From NCBI RefSeq assembly GCF_009914755.1, contig NC_060935.1: a stretch of DNA of 64,000 nt. One strand, written 5' to 3'. Positions 53,902 through 64,000 of this stretch are shown here, in pieces. The translations under genes were made by a program, and so were the position numbers. The stretch's first letter is position 1. Each line of letters starts with the position of its first letter. The stretch comes from the human T2T-CHM13v2.0 reference genome, Homo sapiens. Under the pieces are notes generated by a model. That model made no database searches and had not been told where the DNA came from. It saw only the letters and a program-made list of their open reading frames with translations.

Positions 53902-55107
53902 GAGGGGCACATGGAGTGGGACAGGAGGGGGCACCTTCTCCAGATGATGTCCCTGGAGGGGGCAGGAGGTACCTCCCTCTCCCTCTCCTGGGGCATTTGA
54001 GTCTGTGGCTTTGGGGTGTCCTGGGCTCCCCATCTCCTTCTGGCCCATCTGCCTGCTGCCCTGAGCCCCGGTTCTGTCAGGGTCCCTAAAGGAGGACACT
54101 CAGGGCCTGTGGCCAGGCAGGGCGGAGGCCTGCTGTGCTGTTGCCTCTAGGTGACTTTCCAAGATGCCCCCCTACACACCTTTCTTTGGAACGAGGGCTC
54201 TTCTGTCGGTGTCCCTCCCACCCCCATGTATGCTGCACTGGGTTCTCTCCTTCTTCTTCCTGCTGTCCTGCCCAAGAACTGAGGGTCTCCCCGGCCTCTA
54301 CTGCCCTGGCTGCAGTCAGTGCCCAGGGCGAGGAATGTGGCCAGGGGATCCAGGACCTGGGATCCAGGGCCCTGGGCTGGACCTCAGGACAGGCATGGAG
54401 GCCACAGGGGCCCAGCAGCCCACCCTTTCCTCTCCCCACTGCCTCCTCTCCCTTCCTACACTCCCAGCTCGAGCCGTCCAGCTGCGGTGGGATCTGAGTA
54501 TATCTAGGGCGGGTGGGCGGGTAGCAGTGCTGGGCCTGTGTCTTGAGCCTGGAGGGAGTCTGCTCCTGCCGCCCTCTGCCCTGCCAGAGACAGACCCATG
54601 CGCTGCCTGCCCACCGTGCCCCTTTGTCCCCATGTCAGGCGGAGGCGGAAGGCCCACCGTGCCAGAGGCTGGGCACCAGCCTTAACCCTCACTCTGCTAG
54701 CACCTCCTCCCTTTCCCCAAGGTAGCACATCTGGCTCACTCCCCACTCCGTCTCTGGAGCCCACCAGGGAAGGCCCTCATCCCCTGCCGCTACTTCTCTG
54801 GGGAATGTGGGTTCCATCCAGGATTGGGGGCCTCTCTGCTCACCCACTCTGCACCCAGGATCCTAGTCCCCTGCCCTCTGGCACAGCTGCTTCCTGCAAG
54901 AAAGCAAGTCTTTGGTCTCCCTGAGAAGCCATGTCCCTCGTGCTGTCTCTTGCCTGTCCCACCTGTGCCCTGCCCTCCAGCTTGTATTTAAGTCCCTGGG
55001 CTGCCCCCTTGGGGTGCCCCCCGCTCCCAGGTTCCCCTCTGGTGTCATGTCAGGCATTTTGCAAGGAAAAGCCACTTGGGGAAAGATGGAAAAGGACAAA
55101 AAAAATT

Positions 55108-55113
55108 AATAAA
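55108..55113 (+). terminator. RAB1B: RAB1B poly(A) signal AATAAA
   Basis: Canonical hexamer ~1.2 kb after the stop, GT-rich downstream. Confidence 0.85.
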
Positions 55114-55379
55114 TTTCCATTGGCCCTCGGGTGAGCTGAGGGTTTTTGCAAGGAAGTTGTGGTGGCCAAGTGTGGTCTGTGGTCTAAGCCCAGCCTTGGG
55201 GTGGGGGGATGGAACTGGAACCCTGGGCTTGGTGGGGTGCACGGGGGTCCTGGCTTGGTTTCTGTGTCCTAAGGCTGCTGGCAAAAGCCCTTGACCCCGT
55301 TTCCTGAGGCCAGGAAAGCTGCTTGTGCTTCTGTGGTCTGTCCCCAAGGGCCCAGCACCGTTCTGTCAGGGAAAGAGGC

Positions 55380-56420
55380 AGGCGGCCATCAGCTCATACC
55401 TGGCGTGCCGCCGCCAACTCCCGCGGGGCACACGGCAGAGGTGTGGGGTCGCGCAGCCGCTGAGAGGGCCCCCACTGCACCTGGCCCAACCTCCTTCAGC
55501 GCCCCCCAAAACCCCACTGCTCCCATTCAGCCCCTGTCCTGGCGTCATTGTGTGTCCCAGCCAGGTGCTTCTGCCGTCTCCGACAGTGACAAGTGCCTCG
55601 CACTTCAGCCTTTGCCCTGAGCGCCCGCCCGAGGGGGCCGAGTGCGGCTGTGCCGGTGGCTGGAGTGCCGAGGGGTGCGGGGTGCCGGGGGCGGCCGCGT
55701 CTACGCTGTCCGGAGGGTGAACGGCCGCGGGCTTGTCGGGGCTGGGGGTGGCGCCCGAGCCGGGCGGGCAGACGAGGGGCCCGCGGAGACCCAGCCCCGC
55801 CCGAGGCCGCTCGCGCGGCGGCCCCGCCCCCGGCTCCGCCCCGCCGGCTTCGCGGGCTGGAGAGCGAGGGAGCCGCGGGCGAGGGATCGCAGGATGAGCG
55901 ATCGGGGCCCGGGCAGCCGGCAGCGGACGCGCCCCCCGAGCCCACCGGCCCGCGCCCCGCGCCCCCCACGGCCCCGCGGTCCCGGTCCCGGCCGCATCAC
56001 CCACGTCCCCCGAGCCCCACGGGCCATGCCCGGCCGGCCCTAAGCGCGGGCCGGGGGGCGTCCCCTTGCGCCCGGGCCCCGCGCTGGCGCCCCCCGGGCC
56101 GCCGCCCGGCGCGGGGGCCATGGCGTTCACCTTCGCCGCGTTCTGCTACATGCTCACCCTGGTGCTGTGCGCCTCCCTCATCTTCTTTGTCATCTGGCAC
56201 GTAAGGCCGGGCTGGGGCTGGGGCTGGGGGCGGGGTGGGGGGCAGGGGCCACGCGGAGCTGGAGGGACCCAGGGCGGGTGGTCTCAGAGCCCAGGGGAAA
56301 CTTGCTATCCCCCAGCCGTCGGCTTGTCGGCTTCGCCCCCATTAACACCCCCCGTGGTCGGCTTTCTTCCCGGGGCCCCCCTTCCTCCGCCGCCCCCGCC
56401 TGTCTGTGTGTATGTCAGTC
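55380..56420 (+). promoter_or_regulatory. CNIH2: CNIH2 CpG-island promoter / 5'UTR
   Basis: Extremely GC/CpG-rich, several GC boxes (CCCCGCCC ~55794, ~55822, ~55838) upstream of ATG 56120. Confidence 0.85.
55894..56043 (+). other. Upstream ORF (49 aa; internal ATG 56026 gives MPGRP*) ahead of CNIH2
   Basis: aggATGa at 55894, open to TAA 56041-56043, 76 nt before the CNIH2 ATG. Confidence 0.6.
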
Positions 56421-59400
56421 GGTCTCTGACCCCCTCCTCTGCCCTCGTCCTCTGCTCCCATGCAGCCCGTGAGGTGGGGGGTGGAATTCTGGCATTTTTG
56501 TTGCTTTATCTTCTATGTCCCCCCCCACCACCATCCAGCCGCCTCCATTAGTCCGTCGGGCAGTTTGTCTGTCTGCTGCCCCCCCCCCCCCGCCTTTGTG
56601 GGTTTTTCCAGCCAGAGTGATGGAGCTGGTTGCTATGGCAACTGCATCTGTTTACAGGACCCACAGATCTCAGAGTCCATTAACCCTTTGCCTTCCCAGC
56701 CCCCTCCCTGACCAAGCAGCAGTTGGCTCTCATCAGCCCCCAGAGACCTAGCCCCCACCACCGGCTCACCTTGGGTTTCCCTACCCCTCCTGTTGGGGGC
56801 TTCCCAGCCCCCCAGGTTTCCTCTCCATTTTCCAGCTTCCCTCCTCTTCCTGTCCCCCTTCCCCTTTGTCTCTCACATACCCCTTGGTCTGTCCCTCGCC
56901 CTGGCCTAGCCTCACACCTGGTTCTTCAAAATGTCCATTCCTCATCCTGCATCCGACCCATCGCTTCCCCCAGGCTCCCTCCTCCTCCCCTCCCGCTCCT
57001 CTCCTCCAGGGCCTCCTCTGCCTGGCTCCCGTCCCCTCACTACAGAACTATCAATCAGCCTCCAGCTGGTTGTTGGGGGCCCCTGGCCCCACTTTACTGC
57101 CCTCCGTCCCCACCCCCACCCAAACCCCGTGCCTGTTTCTGTAACAGCCTGCCCAGCTCGGCCCTGGCTGGCTCAGCTCAGCATCCTCTGCTCACACCTC
57201 CCGCGCACACCTCCCTGATTGTCATTCCCTTTCAGGGGTCCTCTTATCCCTCCCTCAATCCCATTTCCCATAGCCCTTCCCTCCTTCCTCCCGGTGCCTC
57301 ACCTGCTTCTTTCCCGGGCTCTCCACTTCCTCTCTCCTTTCTCTTCCTGGGACCTGCCGCCTGCTCCATGGTTCCCCCTGCGCTCCCTTTGCCATCCCCT
57401 GCCACCTTGCTCTTTGACATCGGGAATCCATAGACTGAACCCCTACTGTGTGAAGAGTGAGCCCCCAAAGGCACCTCAGCACACACCCCAGCTCCAGCCC
57501 TGTCACTCCTTGGCCTGGCTCTGCTCTCTCTCTGGGTCTTGGTTGCTTTGTCTTTCCCCCTCTCCCCCGCACCCCGAGTTACTCTATTTTTCTTTCTGTG
57601 GGGTAGGGGCAGGAGGGCTAGGGTTCTAAGGACTGGAGGGAGCTGGGGGCCACAGGCTAGGGAATGCAGAGCTGACCAGCTCCTGGGAGAAGGGCTCCTG
57701 GAATTCAAGAAGCCCCTTTTTGGGGCCTTCCCCACCCAGGGCCTTCCCACAGCCCCTGTGGGGTCCCTGTCCTCAGGGGATCCTCAGCAGTTTATCCACC
57801 ACGCCTGCATTGATGCTTCCCAAAGATCAGGCTCTGGGTGGCTTTGAGGGGGTCAAGGATGAATAAAACCCAGACTTTGCCCTTGTGGAGTGCCCAGGCT
57901 GGGAGGAAAGGCCCAAGCTTTGAAGAAATGTCTTTGTTCATTCAACAGATATTGATTGAGCACCTGTGTGAGGTACTCTGTCCACTCAGCCATTTAGCTG
58001 GACAATCTTAGCAAGTCATTTGTCCCAAGTCTGGTTCCTCGCCGGCAAAGTGGACCTGTGCACATCAGAGTGCCTAGTGCGGCCTGCTGGGTGGTAGGGG
58101 ATAGGAGGCGTGGTCCTCAGTCCACAGCTGCTAAGAACTAGACTCTTAACAGGGCGGGACCCCAGATCCCACTCCAGACCCTCAGCCCAGGCCCCAGTGG
58201 TTCCTAGGCAACCCTGGCGGTGAGTGACGCGTGTCAGCTGTCACCATGGGGGATTGTTTGTTCCGGGGGGCTGAGTCAGCGCCAGGCAGCCTGGGGGGTG
58301 GGAGGCGTGACGCCCGCCGCCTGCTGGTGGTGCCAGCTCTGGGGTACAGACGGCACCCTTCTGCTCCCTGTGGACCCTGTTGCTGTGCGTGCCAAGTGGC
58401 GCTGCCCAGAGTCAATGGGGAGCTGGGCGGGGAGGGGGGATGATCCAGATGGCCTCAGCTCCCTCCAGGAAGCCCATGTTCTTTCTCTCTGAGCCGTCTG
58501 GGGCCTGGGATGCCTGGGGGTGGTGGGCCTGCTGCCTCATCCTAGGGCTGGAGCCGACAGGAGGGGACCCCAGCAGGCTCCTCTGCCAGCCCATTTCCCC
58601 CAAGTCACCTGTCAGCTCCTTCCCATCCCATCATCCCCTCAAACACTTGCTCCCCTGGAGAGTTTCCACCCGTGAGGACACTGCCGTCTGCCAGACACCC
58701 CAACACCTGAAGCCACCTTAGATTTCTGCCTTCACTTCTCAGCCATTTGAACCCTCTGGAGTCTGGCTCCTAAAGAGCTGTAGAATCCCATGCACGCCTT
58801 CCGTCTCCACTACAACTCTCCTCACTCAGACCACCATCAGCCCTGCCCCTAACCCTCCAAACCGTCCCCTTGCTGGTCTGGCCTGAGTATGACACAGTGG
58901 TTAGGAATTTTAACTCTGGAGTCACACTGGGTTAGAATCCACTAACCAGCCGTGTGGCCCTGGACAAGTCACTTAACCTGCCTCAGCTTCCTCATCTGCA
59001 AAACAGACATGAAAATAAAACTAGTACCTAAGTCATAAGGTTGTTAAGAATTAAATGAGTGAATCCACATACCGGCCAGGAGAAGCACCACTTAGATCTC
59101 AGCTGTGACTGTCAGTGAGCTCGGATTTCCTGCCCCACCAATCCTGAGACATGGACCAATCCTAAGACATGGACCTGACCACCCCACTCTGCTGCTGTGT
59201 ACTCTTCAATGCCTCCCCCCAAAATTTTTGTGTTAAAGTAAGTCCAAACTCCTGCTCTGGCCTCACAGGGCGCCCATGTCTGGCTCTGCTGAATTCTCCA
59301 GCTCCTCTTCCACCACTCTCTCTTTTCTTCCTGCTCGCTGCGCTGTCACGCCAGCCCCATGAAACCCGCAGCCTCCTGAATGTCTCCTGACCTTTCACCC

Positions 59401-61260
59401 CTCTGCCATTGCACCTTCTACTGCTTGGACTGCATTTCCCCCATTTGCTCACCAACACCTACTCCGAGTCCAGCCTGAACTCCCTCACCCCCCACACAGG
59501 GTTAAGCGCCCACTCCAGGTCCTCCCTGTACCCCAAACCCTGATCACCTGGAAGGCAGAGTGATCATCCCTCTGGGCCTGGGTTCCTCCTGGGCAGGGGC
59601 TGCATCCCAGGCCTCTGGAGCCCCAGTGCTCAGCACAGGGCCTGAGACTTGGCAGGGCAGACACGAAGCCATGTCTTGGGATGTTTTGGAAGGGGGTGTA
59701 GTGGACATGGGCCTGAACTGGGCATCCAGACGCTAGGGTTCCCTTCTGGACTGTTGTAATGACCTTGGACCAGGCCCTGCTCCTCCCTGGACCTCGGTTT
59801 CTCCACCTTTGCAACAAGCTCCACCTGGCTGGTCCTCTTCAGTAAACTATCCCACAGAAGGACTTGGGGGAAGGCCATAAGCTGCTGCCCCAACCCTGAC
59901 GGGCACACGCCCCTCCCCCAGATCATAGCCTTTGATGAGCTGCGGACCGACTTCAAGAACCCCATCGACCAGGGGAACCCTGCGCGGGCAGTAAGTGATA
60001 CATGTGCTGTGCCGAGGTGTGTCCGTCCGTCTGTCTTTCCATCTGTCGTGGGCTGGGGGTGGGAGACGGGAAGACGGGGGTGGGGTGGGGGGCCTACGGC
60101 CATGCCCCCTTCCTCTCTGTCTCCGCCCCCAGCAAACACCTGGCGCGGGCTCAGGGCTGAGTTCCTCTTGGCGGGGCGGTGGTTGCCAGGCTCTGGGCCG
60201 TTGCCATGGAGACGCGGGTGAAGGCCCTTCCATGGTGACGGTCGCCATGGGGACGGCGCGGCTGCTTCCCGGCCGTGCCGACAGTGCCGCAGAGATCGCT
60301 CTGGCGCCCCCTGGCGGCCACATGTGGAGCGGTGGGAGCTGCTCCAGTACCTGCTTCTCCGCCACCCCATCGCGGCCTTTTCCTTCCCCCAACAGCGCGA
60401 GCGTTTAAAAAACATCGAACGCATCTGCTGCCTCCTGAGGAAGGTCAGTGTCAGGGCTGGGGGCAGGAGGCTCCTAGCCCAGCGCTGCCCCCACTGTCTG
60501 TGGCCCAGAACCAGGCCTTCCCCTGCTTTGGGCCTGTTTGATCCACTCTACTTGGGAGGGAGTGGGAAGCCAGAGGCCTTTTAATCCCCAGAGGTCACGG
60601 TGGGTGGGCACCTCCCAAACCCCAGCTCCTCTCTGTCCCCTTGAAGGCTGGTCTGTCATAGCACCAGGCCGCTGACCTCTCACCCTCACTCCCCCAGCTG
60701 GTGGTCCCAGAATACTCCATCCACGGCCTCTTCTGTCTGATGTTTCTGTGTGCAGCAGAGTGGGTGACCCTGGGCCTCAACATCCCCCTCCTCTTCTACC
60801 ACCTCTGGAGGTGAGGGTAGCAGCTGCCTTGGGGAGGCTGAGATGGGGAACAGGGGCAGGATGGGGGTGGGAGTCCTGATGGCAGACACTCAGGCCCCTG
60901 TCTACCCCAGGTACTTCCACCGTCCTGCAGATGGCTCTGAGGTCATGTATGATGCGGTCTCCATCATGAATGCTGACATTCTCAACTACTGCCAGAAGGA
61001 GTCCTGGTGCAAACTTGCCTTCTACCTGCTCTCCTTCTTCTATTACCTGTACAGGTGAGGCCTTGCCCACAGCAGTCAGAACTCAGGGAAGGGATGTCCC
61101 AGCATCACGCTTCCAATCCCAAGTTCCTGCCTTTTGCCCTTGAGGACTGAGGGCAGCCCAGGGTGTGACCAGGTGGGCATCTGGGTGGCTGTGTGTGTGC
61201 AGGGCTAGGCTCACTGGCTCATCTTCCTACAGTATGGTTTATACGTTGGTGAGTTTCTAA
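56120..61260 (+). CDS. CNIH2: Protein cornichon homolog 2 (160 aa; AMPA-receptor auxiliary subunit / ER cargo receptor family)
   Basis: Exons 56120-56200, 59922-59990, 60396-60443, 60698-60810, 60911-61054, 61233-61260 = 483 nt. [44 protein letters not shown]...[23 protein letters not shown]. Confidence 0.98.
56629..56642. promoter_or_regulatory. RFX X-box in CNIH2 intron 1
   Basis: GTTGCTATGGCAAC, one base from the palindromic GTTGCCATGGCAAC consensus. Confidence 0.65.
60200..60254. promoter_or_regulatory. Tandem RFX X-box motifs
   Basis: GTTGCCATGGAGAC 60200-60213, CTTCCATGGTGAC 60227-60239, GTCGCCATGGGGAC 60241-60254. Confidence 0.65.
60304..60320 (-). promoter_or_regulatory. CTCF consensus site in CNIH2 intron 2
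   Basis: GCGCCCCCTGGCGGCCA; reverse complement TGGCCGCCAGGGGGCGC is a near-perfect CTCF core. Confidence 0.75.
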
Positions 61261-61851
61261 GGGGGAAGCCGGCCAGGGAGCGAGCCCAGAACGGACCGGA
61301 CGCCTGTGCACCCCCAGCCCTGCCCCTTGGCCGCAGAGGCCTCAGCCCTGGGGAGGGAGGGGGCACTGGTGCCCCCAGCCTCTCCAACCCCCAAACTGCT
61401 GCTGCGGGGAACCCCCCCCACCCCGCCTTCAGAGCCCTCCCCCTTGGACTAGAGCGGCTGGGCAGAGCTCTAAACAGGGGCAGGGGCTCCTCTGCCAGCC
61501 TGTGGGCATGGCAGTCATTCCTGGAAGGGGCAGGACCTCCGGCCTTGTCCATTTCGGGGGAAACTTGGGCCCTGCCAAGGGGCAGAGCTTGACCCTGGAA
61601 ATTCTGGGCCATCCCCCTCCACCCCCACCCTGAGGCTCCCCCTGCAGGTGGGGGGGTACCCGCACCGGGAATGAGCAGGCTCAGCAGGGGGGCAGCCCCA
61701 CCCCTAGTCTGCCCTCCCCTCTCCCCCAGGCTCTTTCTCCAGCCCTGTCTCCATCTGCCCCAACCTCAGCCCACCTTGTCTCTTGGACCTATTTTCTATG
61801 TCGCCTGGAGGAGTCCGGCACCCCCTCCCCGGCCATTTGTGACAAAATATG

Positions 61852-61857
61852 AATAAA
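61852..61857 (+). terminator. CNIH2: CNIH2 poly(A) signal AATAAA
   Basis: Canonical hexamer ~590 nt after the stop. Confidence 0.85.
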
Positions 61858-62299
61858 CTACTGCAAATATGTGGGCCCCGGTTCTGCTCCTGGAAAGCTT
61901 GAAGAGGAGATGGGGGCCGATTACAGGGACTGTATAGGGGGCAGCCCTAAGCTGAATCCCCAGCCTGGCTTGTCTCACCCCACTAGCCCACAGACCCTGC
62001 TGGAGCCCCCCAGAGGGATCAGACGCCTTCCAGGTCCCCTCAGCAGCCTCCTTCCATCTTCTCTTTCCCAGCTGAGGCTGCTGAAACCCTTACAAGGCAG
62101 TATCAAGGTCACCAAAGTCATGAAGCCCTCCCTGGGTCCACCTTCTTCCTAGACGGCCCCAAGCCCGATCCCCTGGGCAATGCAGAGGCGCAGAGGTATC
62201 TGTAGCTCCCCATCAGGCCCCAGGAACAAGGGTCAGACAAAGTCAAGGAAATCAAATCTTCAATGAATGAAAAACTCAGTGCCATCTGGGGCCAGGGGG

Positions 62300-63421
62300 T
62301 CACCGGACCAGGTGGAAAGTCAGCCAGTATATGATGAGGGGCTGGAAGGCTGCAGCTCCCAGAGTCAGGTAGAGCTGGAGACGCTGCCGGGGGACGGGGC
62401 CCCCCATGCTGTCGGGGCCCAGGGCTGCTGTCCGCAAAGAGCGCACCTGGAAGAAAGGAGAACTGAAGCCTGGCCAGGAGGGGGAGGTTTGCCCTCAAGT
62501 GAAGGCAGGGGAATGGGGGGGTGCACCAGACTCACAATGAAGTACATGAGCGCCGATGAGGTCCAGGCCAGCGCCACGTAGTAGCCATCGCTGCCGAACA
62601 GCAGCCCCGTGAGCACACTGAGGATCATTCTGGGGGTGGGAGGAGGAAAGGGTTGGTGACCCCCAGGGGTCTAGGCCTGAGATTGGCCCTACCCCCAACG
62701 CCCAGAGCCCAGCTAGACCCCACCTCCCACAGCACCTTTTACTCTCAATCTGTCCCCACAGGGACCCAGACCCCAAAGGGATATGGAAGGCCCAGGACTC
62801 AGCCCCAGGACCTGGATCTGAGACCCCCTTCTCTCCCCAAGACTCGCAGAGTGACTCTCAACACCTCCCCAACCTCTGCATGGCACGCAGATCCTCAGGA
62901 GACTGCTGGAGACAGCTGCTCCCTCTTAACAGAGCAGTGCTAGAGGTCACTAGGGGCCGAGACATGTCCAGGGTCACAGTTCGAGGCTACAGCTATGCAG
63001 GCCCAGATCCAAGGCCACCTCCCCCTGGCCCACAAGTGCTCACCCCACGTATTTGTAGCCACTGTAGGCCAGCAGGTGAAAGGTGCTCAGGTCACTGCGC
63101 ACGGTGGCCAGGTAGAGGCCCAGGAGCAGGGCCAGCACCTCCATCACCACCCACACCAGCGCTGTGCTTGCACACAGGCCCAGCACCTCCGGGGAGAACC
63201 TGCGCCAAAGCAGGGGTGGCTCAGAGCCAGGCATCCTGAGGCAGGGGTGAGGAAGAGAGACTGGGGCAACAGAGGGTGAGCTGGGGACCACCACATATGC
63301 CCTAGGGAGGTTGGGAGAAGAGCTCACAGGGAGGGGAGGGTAAGGGAGGGGCTTGGCACTGACCTTTTCTGAATGCCCAGTGCCATCCCAGCCAGGAGCA
63401 CGTAAGTAATGAAGGCCATCG
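62300..63421 (-). CDS. YIF1A: Yip1-interacting factor homolog A, last four coding exons (gene continues beyond window end)
   Basis: Minus-strand exons 63364-63421, 63044-63199, 62536-62629, 62300-62446 (TGA 62302-62300) splice to [28 protein letters not shown]...YKYVGMILSVL...[18 protein letters not shown], a multi-pass YIF1 C-terminus. Confidence 0.95.
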
Positions 63422-64000
63422 CTGCCAAGTGCCAGAGAGATGCCATCAGCTTGGCTTCCTCCATCAGAGCTGCCTTACTAGGCATTCGGGTTCACCGACA
63501 TGTCCCATACTTCCTTCTCTGAATAGCCCAGCATGGCCTGACCTCCACATTCTGCTTCCAAATGCCCTGCCTGGAATGCCTGTCTCCGATCAGCCCTCTC
63601 CCACTGTGTAAATGCCACCTGACCCTTCTTCCAGAACCACAAGCCACCTTTCCTGTCCCTGTGCTGGGAAGCTCATCAGTGTTCTGCTGCATCTCAGAAA
63701 CTGTATCATGGGCCAAGGCCATTGTTCCGCCTATACAGGGACCAAACTGGTTTCTGGCAAGACCAGAAGCCAGGTTCAGTGGACACCCATGCTGTCCTGA
63801 GTCTGGGGTCATGGAGATGACCTCACCGCAGTCAGCAATTCTAAGTCTCAGCACTGGCTAGGGCTCTGGCTGCCCAACAATGCAGGGAACTCCAAGTTTA
63901 ACTTTGGGCAGTATTCATAAAAGCTCAGAGCCAGTGGGAGCCGGGCATTAGCAGCAGTTTTAACTCTGTCTTCTGCCCCGCTTAAAGCACTAGAATTGGC

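Noticed and set aside
55704-55721. Possible REST/RE1 site upstream of neuronal CNIH2 (reverse complement TTCACCCTCCGGACAGCG)
   Set aside because: Left half mismatched and spacer one base short; only the right half-site matches.
55366-56204. Long ORFs (203-254 aa) across the CNIH2 CpG island
   Set aside because: Very high GC makes stops rare; Gly/Ala/Pro/Arg-only content. Only the ATG-initiated uORF was kept.

Overview
Human (or very close primate) genomic DNA, recognisable as the gene-dense, GC- and Alu-rich chr11q13 membrane-trafficking cluster. In order: the 3' half of PACS1 (+, 14 coding exons 5595-21373, poly(A) signal 22813), a ~12 kb Alu/L2/L1-filled intergenic stretch, complete KLC2 (+, 622 aa), complete RAB1B (+, 201 aa), complete CNIH2 (+, 160 aa) and the last four coding exons of YIF1A (-). 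Exon boundaries were read by hand from GT/AG sites; the summed lengths give intact frames. No foreign DNA, CRISPR array or new protein-coding system is evident, and most of the ORF track is Alu-derived or GC-rich noise. Best leads: a perfect 23-bp intronic hairpin and an ~85-nt Alu-associated hairpin in PACS1; a dense RFX X-box cluster plus CTCF site in CNIH2 and an X-box in the PACS1 3'UTR; a 49-codon uORF before CNIH2; uATGs in a putative upstream KLC2 first exon near the SPOAN regulatory region; five frame-preserving stop-free introns; in-frame read-through chimeras; and an apparent KLC2 R505C variant.
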